A stretch of DNA of 64,000 nucleotides from an uncultured Alphaproteobacteria bacterium (GTDB taxonomy: Bacteria > Pseudomonadota > Alphaproteobacteria > RF32 > CAG-239), in contig CASFSV010000014.1 of assembly GCA_949297415.1 (NCBI GenBank), forward strand, positions 7,030-71,029, given 5' to 3'. Below are positions 48,496-56,980 of this stretch, one piece after another. The translations under genes and the position numbers were made by a program. Below the pieces are notes generated by a model that was not told the origin of the DNA, ran no database searches, and saw only the letters and a program-made list of their open reading frames with translations. Each line of letters begins with the position of its first letter. Position 1 is the first letter of the stretch.

Positions 48496-49903
48496 AGAAC
48501 ATATCCTTCATTATGGCAAATAAATCTTGCGGATTAAACGCTACTAACACAATACAAATTACACTGAACAACGTATATGCCATTACCGATTTATTTTCAC
48601 TATCGTATATCTTTACTTTGTGCTCAAAATATGCGGTTTTAATTATATCCAGATACGACTTGGATAGTACCAGTAAGAAGAATAAAATAATACCTAAACT
48701 TATATAATACTCGTTCTTTAACAGCTCGGATACAACATTTAATTGCCCTAAAAATCCTACTAGCGGCGGCAATCCTATAAATGAAAATAAGCTGACTAAC
48801 AATGCTCCGGTTGTGTATGCTCTTGTTTCTGCTAATCCAGATAGAGATGTTACAGATGATAAATATTCTCCATGACTCTTTAAACTGTAAAAAACTAAAT
48901 AACTTCCATTTAAACTCAGCATATATACGAACAAATATACAAATGCTGCAAAGTTGGTTTCTAACTTAAAAAATGACAACAACATTAAAATAACACCGAA
49001 ATGATACATAGAGCTATATGACAATATGCGATGAAGGTTAATTCGTGCATTTGCACCCATTGCTCCGAAAATTACAGATAGTAAAGCAAATCCCTGATAA
49101 ACGCTTGAAAAATATTGTCCGTACGGGGCTACTAATTCTATATTCAGCTTTATGAAACATCCCCAAAAGGCTATTGGTGATATTAGCGCAAAGTAGTGAC
49201 TTACAGGCAAAATCCCTTTTCCGGTTTTATCTTCTGACATTATGTGAAAGGGGGCTATTCCTAAAGAATATAAAAACGGTATAATCACCGCAATGACGGA
49301 TACATATAGCCATATTGATTGATTTTGTTCTTTAATCAGTTCTTTGATGGTACTGAACTCCACATTGCCATCCGTATAGTTGTTTAAATATCCGAATCCA
49401 GCGGCAAAGATTATCAATACCATTGCCGATACCCCCATATACCGACTGGCCGCTTCTGATGGTAACTTTTCGTAACTTATGCTCAGTAGTCGATAATGGA
49501 TATAGGTTAGCAATATGTAACAGAATAGCAGTGCTACTAAATTTACGGACGATAATAATAAATTTATACCAATTAACGAACTCAATATTAAAACATAGTA
49601 TTTACATCCGGTGCGATTTTCTGTTCCAAACCATGTTGCAGACAGCCCTATCATTATATAGGCAAAGAACCCTATACATAAATCAAATAGTAATGTATAT
49701 GTATCATTGGCAAAATATAGAGGACTGAAGCTCTTGTCTTGCCATATTACATTCCAGAAAAGAGAAACCAATAGCCAAAACCGTGCTACTCTTGCATATA
49801 CTCTTGCTGCTTCATACGAAAGTATATATAAGAGAAATAAATGAAGTATTCCTATTATCAAAGAGGCTTCCGGTAGTGCATACCTTATATGTTCCAATAT
49901 CAT
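48479..49903 (-). CDS. nuoN: NuoN-like antiporter-type membrane subunit, highly divergent
   Basis: 14-TM class protein. SEAASRYMGVSAMV and GIAPFH echo NuoN motifs. nuoN-birA-rnj synteny is typical of Alphaproteobacteria. Canonical charged residues not found (see findings). Confidence 0.6.
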   Translation of the reverse strand: MILEHIRYALPEASLIIGILHLFLLYILSYEAARVYARVARFWLLVSLFWNVIWQDKSFSPLYFANDTYTLLFDLCIGFFAYIMIGLSATWFGTENRTGCKYYVLILSSLIGINLLLSSVNLVALLFCYILLTYIHYRLLSISYEKLPSEAASRYMGVSAMVLIIFAAGFGYLNNYTDGNVEFSTIKELIKEQNQSIWLYVSVIAVIIPFLYSLGIAPFHIMSEDKTGKGILPVSHYFALISPIAFWGCFIKLNIELVAPYGQYFSSVYQGFALLSVIFGAMGANARINLHRILSYSSMYHFGVILMLLSFFKLETNFAAFVYLFVYMLSLNGSYLVFYSLKSHGEYLSSVTSLSGLAETRAYTTGALLVSLFSFIGLPPLVGFLGQLNVVSELLKNEYYISLGIILFFLLVLSKSYLDIIKTAYFEHKVKIYDSENKSVMAYTLFSVICIVLVAFNPQDLFAIMKDMFYVVSL

Positions 49904-49912
49904 TTACTTCTC

Positions 49913-51340
49913 CTAAAAAACAAACCATAACGGTTTGAAAAATGATAAAAACAATACCAATAAACAACCTAAATATACCATAGAATGTAAATTTGATATA
50001 TCTGCACCTAAAACGCATGCTGAGGATGCGTTACTCTTATCTTTTAATTTGTATAACTCTTCCAATAGCGCTAACGCTACAATAAATACAGATAACATTA
50101 CCATTATTCCCAGAACTAAATTATAATTAAATATTTCGGATATAATGATAAAATTATTCCAAAACAATGAGGTTATCGGAAGCCCTATTCCTGCCAAGAT
50201 AAATAATGATAAATATTTTGAAGTTCTCGGCATATAACATAATATTCCTCCGGTACCATATATCCCCAATTCCTTTTTCTGGTATTCTATGTGGCTGATT
50301 AAAAATGATAGTACCGTAATTATCACAATATACGAAAATAAGGAATAGCCAATGTTTAATTTAAGTACATCCGTTGGTAAAAATACACTGGTTAAATATA
50401 GCAAGTAATAAACTGTCGTATATGCAAATAATTTATACCTTATATCTTTATGACTCAAACTGACTAAGGCTATAAATAACATCGTAATGATACATACTAT
50501 TTCAAAAATCGGAGCGTGAATTGCTATTGATTCCGGTACGGTATTGGGCCAAAAGCGAATAAAACCATATAATCCAATTAATGGAACTAAATTACCGACT
50601 AAGAATACTAAGGGATTTTTTAAACTTGAGTTGATTGATGATATCCAGTAATGAAATGGCCATATTGGTAATCGCGAAATAAAGGCAAAAAATATACTTA
50701 ACCATACAAAGTATTCTGTTCCACCCTTAAAATTCAGTTTTCCTGCTTCACTTAGCAAGATATTTCTTGATTGAGAATCGCACATCATTAAAATAGATAC
50801 CAGTAATAATAGCGCTCCGATTAAATTGTATAAGCTGAAACGTATCAATACTGTTTTTTTCCTTTGACTTCCGTATGTACTTATTAAAATCATCAGCGGC
50901 GTTCCAGATGCAACAAAAAATATATAAAATGACAGTACATCTGCGGCAATAAAATATCCGTTTAGCAAACTAATAAACAGCAGCTCCGAGGTAATTAACG
51001 TTTTTGAACGTTCCGTATTACGATTTAAACATAATTCACCGATGAGAAATGATAAATTTACACTTAAAATAATTAGTAACGAAAAAATATCAACCCCAAG
51101 GCATATCTCTACATAGGGATAATCTATCCATTTGAAATGTTCAAGTAGTTGTAATCCTTCTTTACTTAAATTACATTGTGCAAAAATATGGAGAATTAAA
51201 CCTATATTCGCTATAAGTGTCAGAATGGATACATTATAGACATTTGATGTTGTGTAATTTTTATCATTTCGTGCCGTTAATGTAAAAACGGAACCTATTA
51301 ACGGTATTAATATCAATCCTAAAAGCTGATATGAATTCAC
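49913..51340 (-). CDS. nuoM: NuoM-like antiporter-type membrane subunit, highly divergent
   Basis: LPIWPFHYW...LIGLYGFIRF parallels NuoM MP.WP.H.WLPDAHVEAP...LLK.GGYGF.RF, but the PDAHVEAP core is replaced. Confidence 0.6.
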   Translation of the reverse strand: MNSYQLLGLILIPLIGSVFTLTARNDKNYTTSNVYNVSILTLIANIGLILHIFAQCNLSKEGLQLLEHFKWIDYPYVEICLGVDIFSLLIILSVNLSFLIGELCLNRNTERSKTLITSELLFISLLNGYFIAADVLSFYIFFVASGTPLMILISTYGSQRKKTVLIRFSLYNLIGALLLLVSILMMCDSQSRNILLSEAGKLNFKGGTEYFVWLSIFFAFISRLPIWPFHYWISSINSSLKNPLVFLVGNLVPLIGLYGFIRFWPNTVPESIAIHAPIFEIVCIITMLFIALVSLSHKDIRYKLFAYTTVYYLLYLTSVFLPTDVLKLNIGYSLFSYIVIITVLSFLISHIEYQKKELGIYGTGGILCYMPRTSKYLSLFILAGIGLPITSLFWNNFIIISEIFNYNLVLGIMVMLSVFIVALALLEELYKLKDKSNASSACVLGADISNLHSMVYLGCLLVLFLSFFKPLWFVF

Positions 51341-53010
51341 GGCAATTCCCTCCTATAAAATGACAGAAGAAAACATATTATTCCGATAACTATAAAGGCG
51401 AAACATGCCATATAACTCTTACGATTAACTTTAAAAAATAAAGATATTCCCATTTTGTGCAGACCTGTCAAACCTGCCGTAATTATTTTTTCTGAAAAAA
51501 CAAAATCCACCATCAGCCATAATGTTCTGCTTAAATACATAAATGGTGTAACTAATGTGTAAAAAAAGAAACTTTTGCTTAAATCTTCTTTTTGAAACCA
51601 TTCTATTTCATATACGGCTCTTATTTTAGTTAGTAGCGGGCACCAACACAAAACTATAAAAAAGAGAATAAACAGAATATTATAAAGTGTATACGCTTGC
51701 ATTTCTATACTTGTATATACCAATAAACTTAGCATCACCAATAAAGATATCGGACGAAGAGGATTGGGAGTTAAATTTTCCAGTTTCCTTGTGTATGGAG
51801 ATTGGTATATATGATTAAGCACTATGCCTATGGCACAAATTAATATTGTTCCTGTTATAAGTATCCAAAATTGTTCTTGTTTTACAGAAATACGATATAT
51901 CAATGTTATAAATATATTGGCAATTAATATAAATTGAACTAATGTGGTTTTTAATATGAAGGAATTTGTTTCTCTTCCATTCAACATTTCACTTACTTTG
52001 GTTTCGTGATTTTGATATAAATACATTTTTAAAAATAGTAAATTGATGAAATAGCCTACACTGTAATAAAATGAATATTGCCAATTCCACTGTAAATCGC
52101 GATGTTCCAACATTAACAGTAAAAGTCCTATAAATCCCATATTCAGATATACCAATTTCTTTTTTAAATTATCTATTATAAGAAAGTTCAAAATACCAAA
52201 TATCATTGTTAACATGCTTATTATCTTTAACAATGGCAATGCTAAATCTGAAACTTCTACCAAGTTATGCAACTTTAGTAAGACAAGTATACCTGTTAAA
52301 GGTGCAAATAACAAATTTACAGTGCTCATACGCTGAAGTCTTGCGGCGCTTAAATCCAGCAAATAGCTCTGAAACATAAAAACTCCCATTTTAATAAATA
52401 CAGCAACCAAAAGCATCAACCCAACAAAATCTTTATGTCGACCTATTTTTTCATATTGTGGCAAATCTTCAAGTGACAGACTTTGCAGCTTTCCACATAC
52501 AAGCGCCAAAACCATAAACAAACATGTATCAGCAAAGAAATTGTATATTACATATCGATGTGACGAATCTACATCTTTTAGTATCAAATATCCGAGAATA
52601 TCTGTTATAAAGACTGCAGTTATCATCTGCACATAATTTTCAGAGCATATTAATAAGCTTGAGGAGGCAAAATTTAATAAAATAAAAGCATTAAAAGCAC
52701 TCTTTTTTTCTTCATATCGAAATATATTGTTATGAAGAATCGTCACAAGGGATAAGAAAAATAAAGGCAATAGTAAACGATGCTCTCCTAATTCCGGGCT
52801 AAAATCAATCGTTATATTTCCAATTTTAGATGTGCTCCATAGAAAAGAGAAACTTTCTTTATTGAGATTGACAGCATTTGTAGCAAATTCCATAAATAAA
52901 GCCGTTGCTGCAAAAAATATAAGCCAAGATATTAACCTATCATACTTCATTCTTTGTTTTATAAGGCCTATAAAGCTCAGAACAATTATAGAGGCTATTA
53001 TTTGTATCAT
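51337..53010 (-). CDS. nuoL: NuoL-like antiporter-type membrane subunit, shortened and divergent
   Basis: Polytopic, 557 aa, 4-nt overlap with the nuoM-like gene. Only faint Proton_antipo_M-like pattern (ITDILGYLIL..., FIKMGVFMFQ). Confidence 0.5.
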   Translation of the reverse strand: MIQIIASIIVLSFIGLIKQRMKYDRLISWLIFFAATALFMEFATNAVNLNKESFSFLWSTSKIGNITIDFSPELGEHRLLLPLFFLSLVTILHNNIFRYEEKKSAFNAFILLNFASSSLLICSENYVQMITAVFITDILGYLILKDVDSSHRYVIYNFFADTCLFMVLALVCGKLQSLSLEDLPQYEKIGRHKDFVGLMLLVAVFIKMGVFMFQSYLLDLSAARLQRMSTVNLLFAPLTGILVLLKLHNLVEVSDLALPLLKIISMLTMIFGILNFLIIDNLKKKLVYLNMGFIGLLLLMLEHRDLQWNWQYSFYYSVGYFINLLFLKMYLYQNHETKVSEMLNGRETNSFILKTTLVQFILIANIFITLIYRISVKQEQFWILITGTILICAIGIVLNHIYQSPYTRKLENLTPNPLRPISLLVMLSLLVYTSIEMQAYTLYNILFILFFIVLCWCPLLTKIRAVYEIEWFQKEDLSKSFFFYTLVTPFMYLSRTLWLMVDFVFSEKIITAGLTGLHKMGISLFFKVNRKSYMACFAFIVIGIICFLLSFYRRELP

Positions 53011-53072
53011 AAGAAACTATCCTTTCCTTTTGCCTCAGAATCTATAAACGGTATTAGTTTAAAGGATAGATA

Positions 53073-53390
53073 TTACTTAATCAAGGATTTTACATCTTTT
53101 ACTATACGAACAGGTACTTCATATTCTCTAGCCACATCTTCATTTTCAACTTCTACTATGAGCATTGAACTAACTGACTTTAACGGCATTCTTGCATCTT
53201 TTGCAATACTCTCAAATACGACAGCACTATCTTTTGTTCTGTATAAAAGAGCGGTTGTACCGCCATCATATACAAAGCGTGGATTTTCCGGTCCTCCGGC
53301 TCGAGAATTGATAATAATTAAGATATCCCCTGCTTCATTTTGTAATATATCATATCTGCTTTCTTGATCTATTTCTTTAATTGTGGACAT
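53073..53390 (-). CDS. hypothetical soluble protein (105 aa)
   Basis: ORF occupying the position where nuoK would normally precede nuoL. It is not hydrophobic, so it is not NuoK. Confidence 0.45.
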   Translation of the reverse strand: MSTIKEIDQESRYDILQNEAGDILIIINSRAGGPENPRFVYDGGTTALLYRTKDSAVVFESIAKDARMPLKSVSSMLIVEVENEDVAREYEVPVRIVKDVKSLIK

Positions 53391-53492
53391 TCTTCCCTCT
53401 TCTAATATCTTGTTATTTTGTTGTTTAATTTGTTTTTAGCACATAATAGTTAATAAATAAATAGCTAAATGAAAAAAAAATTAATTTTTTTA

Positions 53493-53521
53493 TTGACTAT
53501 CTAAAAATTATACTTTATATA
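53493..53521 (+). promoter_or_regulatory. sigma-70-like promoter of tRNA-Lys
   Basis: TTGACT, 17 nt, TATATA. The -10 element ends 19 nt before the mature tRNA 5' end. Confidence 0.6.
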
Positions 53522-53540
53522 CCTCTCTCAGTTACATTGT

Positions 53541-53616
53541 GGGCCCGTAGCTCAGTCGGTAGAGCATTTGACTTTTAATCAAAGGGTCATGGGTTCGAAT
53601 CCCGTCGGGCTCACCA
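53541..53616 (+). tRNA. tRNA-Lys (anticodon UUU)
   Basis: gggcccg/cgggctc acceptor (with one G-U) plus A plus CCA. Anticodon stem tttga/tcaaa with loop cTTTTaa. T-loop gggttcgaatccc. Hairpin aaggcttt..aaagcctt plus T-run follows. Confidence 0.93.
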
Positions 53617-53999
53617 GTAAAACAAAGGCTTTGAGAGAAATCTTAAAGCCTTTTACTTTTTGCTAGTAGTGAAATAGTAGTGGATACAAATAGCTTTTCA
53701 CGAATCTTTTCTCGTTCTTTTCTTCGATAACTTTATTTTGCTATTGAAGTTTACCCGAATCTTTTTTAGAAAAGGCTTTATGTGCATTTTTTTATCAAAT
53801 AAAGCCAGCCATACAGGACAACGATATAGGCGTTTTTTTTACAAATCGAAGAAAAATTAAACAAATATTTACGCAAGTCTCAGAGAGAGAATTCCATATC
53901 TCTTTAGCTTTCATTAAGAATCTTTAATCTCCACTTTTGATGAGTATTTTTAAATACTATATAATTATATACTGTGAGTATACTGAAAAATTGAAACAC

Positions 54000-54028
54000 T
54001 TGCATTTTATTTAAAAATTCTTTAGCAT
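54000..54028 (+). promoter_or_regulatory. candidate promoter of the helicase/DUF2290-like operon
   Basis: TTGCAT, 17 nt, TAGCAT, about 37 nt upstream of ATG 54065. Preceded by direct repeat TATACTG..TATACTG (53968-53985) with 11-nt spacing. Confidence 0.35.
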
Positions 54029-54064
54029 GATTGTCTGTTAAGAAATAAAATTAGGTATAGGTTA

Positions 54065-56185
54065 ATGAGGCTCTTAAACAAGATAAACGATATATTCAAA
54101 AGAAATATTTTTGAAGACGGAGAAACTCTAGAAGTTGTTAGAGGTGCTAGTAGAGGCAATCTTCTTCCTATTAGTAATTTGATTGACACCCTTTCTGCAC
54201 TGAAAATATCAGGCACTCTTTATATAGGTTATCCAGTACTTTCCTCCGCAGACAATAATGAGGTTATTGATGCTTTGCTCATTTCTAAAAGTGTTGGATT
54301 ATTAGCTTTTAATTTTCCTAATACATCGCAATCACTTGATGAATTATGTGACGTTCAAGATAGAATAATATACACTTTTGAAGCTAACCTGAAAAAGCAT
54401 GAAGAACTGAGGAATGGAAGAAGCCTGATTATTACCCCTCAAATCGTAACATATGTTGAAGATATTAATAATTTTAATCCCCAAAATAAAGCTTATATTT
54501 TTGCTGATAGCAATTCTTTAGGTAAGACTCTAAAAAAAATAAAAAATGAATTGAGTGACGATCAGTTAAAACGAATCAATTCAGCCATCCAAAAAGTTTC
54601 ATCGCTTAAACCTAAAAACACACGAAAAAATGCTATCACAGATGGCTCTAAGGGCTTTATATTAAAACAAATAGAAAAGGAAATTGCTAATTTAGATAAA
54701 TGGCAAAAACAGGCTTCTATCGAAGTTCCAGATGGTCCCCAAAGAATCAGAGGATTAGCGGGGTCTGGAAAAACTGTAGTTCTTGCATTAAAAGCGGCAT
54801 ATTTACATACTAATTACCCAGAATGGAAAATTGCTGTAACATTTTATACGCGTTCTTTAAAACAACAATTTCAAGAACTAATTGAAAAATTTACTTATGC
54901 TCATTCAGAAAGCAAACCAGATTGGGATAAAATAGAAATTCTACACGCATGGGGATCTTTATCTGAAAAAGGAATATATTCCGAGGCATCTCAGAAAGCA
55001 GGTATCAAACCTCTGAATTTTCAAACAGCAAAAGAAATTAGCCCTAATGACCCCTTTCGCTTTGTTTGTGAGCAACTAAATAATGAAATTAAAGACAAAA
55101 ATATTGAAATGTACGATGCCATTCTAGTTGATGAAGCTCAGGATTTTCCCGATACATTTTTTAAAATACTATATAAAATGGCTAAAGGAGATAAAAAAAT
55201 TGTATGGGCATATGATGAACTTCAAAATTTATCTGGCTCAACAATGCCATCTATTAATAATTTATTTGATGGGAATATTACAGTAGACAACTTCAAAAAT
55301 GAAGTCGGACGGCCTAGAAAAGATATTGTTCTCCCTATATGTTATAGAAATACACCATGGGCAATAACTGTCGCACATGCTTTAGGATTTGGAATTTATC
55401 GTAATGGTGGTTTAGTCCAGTTCTTTGAACAATTTGACCTGTGGAAAGATGTTGGTTATGATGTTGATAAACCAATGGACTTTGGGGTAGATGTATCCTT
55501 AGTTCGAAGCAAAGGTTCTTATCCAGAATACTTTGATAAATATATTACAAAAACAGATGCTGTACAGGTAAATACGTTCGAAACTGTATCTGAACAATAT
55601 ACTAAGCTTGCTCAATCAATCAAAGAAAATATTGAGAAAGATGAATTAACTCCTCAAGATATCATGATCATTCTCCCCGATGCCTATACGGCACAGAAAG
55701 AGTATGTGAGATTATCAAAGATTTTAAGTGAGTATAATATTCCTGCACATCTTGCTGGAGTATCAACAAATAGAGATACTTTTCATATAGATGATTCTGT
55801 TACTGTAACAAGTATCTACCGAGCAAAAGGAAATGAAGCGGCAATGGTATATCTTGTTAATTCTGAATATTGCTATATTGGTTTCAACCTCCCGAGTCTA
55901 AGAAATACATTGTTTACAGCAATAACTCGCTCTAGAGCATGGGTTAGAATATTTGGTGTTGGTTTTAAGATGAAACTACTTGAAGAGGAAATTAATAAAG
56001 TTATAGATAACGATTTCAAATTAATTTTCACCATTCCATCAAAAGAAGTTTTAAGAAATCTTCGAAAAATTAATAGAGATTTATCTGAAGATGACAATTT
56101 TGTTAAAGAAGCGAGTAAACTCATACAAAATGGTGCAACTGAGGATGATTTACATCAAGTTATTCGTGAGTTGTTTGAAAACTGA
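54065..56185 (+). CDS. SF1 (UvrD/AAA_19-like) helicase with degenerate NERD-like N-terminal domain; helicase component of a helicase+DUF2290-type defence pair
   Basis: GLAGSGKTVVLALKAAY (Walker A), ILVDEAQDF (motif II), VWAYDELQNL, ICYRNT, SIYRAKGNEAAMVYLV, TAITRSRAW. N-terminal roughly 200 aa has IDALLISKSVGLLAFNF where NERD nucleases carry D...ExK. Confidence 0.8.
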   Translation: MRLLNKINDIFKRNIFEDGETLEVVRGASRGNLLPISNLIDTLSALKISGTLYIGYPVLSSADNNEVIDALLISKSVGLLAFNFPNTSQSLDELCDVQDRIIYTFEANLKKHEELRNGRSLIITPQIVTYVEDINNFNPQNKAYIFADSNSLGKTLKKIKNELSDDQLKRINSAIQKVSSLKPKNTRKNAITDGSKGFILKQIEKEIANLDKWQKQASIEVPDGPQRIRGLAGSGKTVVLALKAAYLHTNYPEWKIAVTFYTRSLKQQFQELIEKFTYAHSESKPDWDKIEILHAWGSLSEKGIYSEASQKAGIKPLNFQTAKEISPNDPFRFVCEQLNNEIKDKNIEMYDAILVDEAQDFPDTFFKILYKMAKGDKKIVWAYDELQNLSGSTMPSINNLFDGNITVDNFKNEVGRPRKDIVLPICYRNTPWAITVAHALGFGIYRNGGLVQFFEQFDLWKDVGYDVDKPMDFGVDVSLVRSKGSYPEYFDKYITKTDAVQVNTFETVSEQYTKLAQSIKENIEKDELTPQDIMIILPDAYTAQKEYVRLSKILSEYNIPAHLAGVSTNRDTFHIDDSVTVTSIYRAKGNEAAMVYLVNSEYCYIGFNLPSLRNTLFTAITRSRAWVRIFGVGFKMKLLEEEINKVIDNDFKLIFTIPSKEVLRNLRKINRDLSEDDNFVKEASKLIQNGATEDDLHQVIRELFEN

Positions 56186-56865
56186 TGTCACTTGATAAAG
56201 AAATATTGGAAGATATTAACGATACTTGCGTGAAACTTGTTGAGAATGACCTTGCGTATTCTTTTCAAGGGGTTTGTTGTGAAAAACTTTCTGGGGGGAT
56301 AAGACGAATATGTTGGTCTAATCATATATCAGGAACACTTAATACTTCTTCTTATTTTAATAATTTAGAGCAATATAAAAATATATTAAGAAATAATGCT
56401 TATTTCTGCATGCTATACGATGGTTCTATTATCCGCGCATCATACTCTATCGAGAGAAATAAACTAATTGCGCAGAATTTACTTTATTGGCCAGCCCCTT
56501 TTAATCTTAATCTACAAAATATTAATTTTGAATTTGGTGGTCCTTTAGAAATTTTAGAAGACATTATGTCATCTGAAGATTGGCATCAGCGTATGATTAT
56601 GAGATCTCCGATAAGAATTGATTTTGACCAAAAAAATTGTTCAGATGAACATCCTTTAATTCACTTGCACATACAGGATAAAGATTGCAGAATCGCTGTT
56701 AACAAACCTCTTTGCTTTAATTCTTTTGTACGTTTTATTTTTGAAAATCATTATAATCAGATATATAAAAAAGAAAAATTATTTAGACATCTTTCACATA
56801 AAAACTTAAATTTTGATATGGGTAAGATGGAGCATTCTTTATCTTTATTATTTAAATATAAATAG
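56185..56865 (+). CDS. DUF2290-like protein, translationally coupled partner of the helicase
   Basis: ATG overlaps the helicase stop (TGATG at 56183-56187). 226 aa, soluble. IRIDFDQKNCSDEHPLIHLHIQ segment. Size and pairing fit the helicase+DUF2290 family as I recall it. Not confirmed by HMM. Confidence 0.55.
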   Translation: MSLDKEILEDINDTCVKLVENDLAYSFQGVCCEKLSGGIRRICWSNHISGTLNTSSYFNNLEQYKNILRNNAYFCMLYDGSIIRASYSIERNKLIAQNLLYWPAPFNLNLQNINFEFGGPLEILEDIMSSEDWHQRMIMRSPIRIDFDQKNCSDEHPLIHLHIQDKDCRIAVNKPLCFNSFVRFIFENHYNQIYKKEKLFRHLSHKNLNFDMGKMEHSLSLLFKYK

Positions 56866-56879
56866 ATATATATATATAT
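56866..56879. repeat. (AT)7 dinucleotide microsatellite
   Basis: atatatatatatat directly after the TAG stop of the DUF2290-like gene, about 100 nt upstream of the next gene. Confidence 0.9.
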
Positions 56880-56980
56880 TTCTTACTAGCATATCCGCTT
56901 ACAAAAAATGCTTTATACTTGCATTTAAATCAAATTTCTATATTCAATAAATATTATGGCCATGCATGGAGACAAAAGAA

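Noticed and set aside
48479-53010. Annotating the trio as a functional proton-pumping complex I membrane arm.
   Set aside because: The canonical TM5 Glu contexts and the PDAHVEAP / PDVYEGAP motifs are not visible, and nuoK/J/A-H are not upstream. They are annotated only as NuoL/M/N-like.
53968-53985. SOS/LexA box upstream of the helicase operon (tatactgtgagtatactg).
   Set aside because: It is a direct repeat (TATACTG twice, 11-nt phase), not the CTGT-N8-ACAG palindrome or the alphaproteobacterial GTTC-N7-GTTC. It could still be an operator for an unknown regulator.
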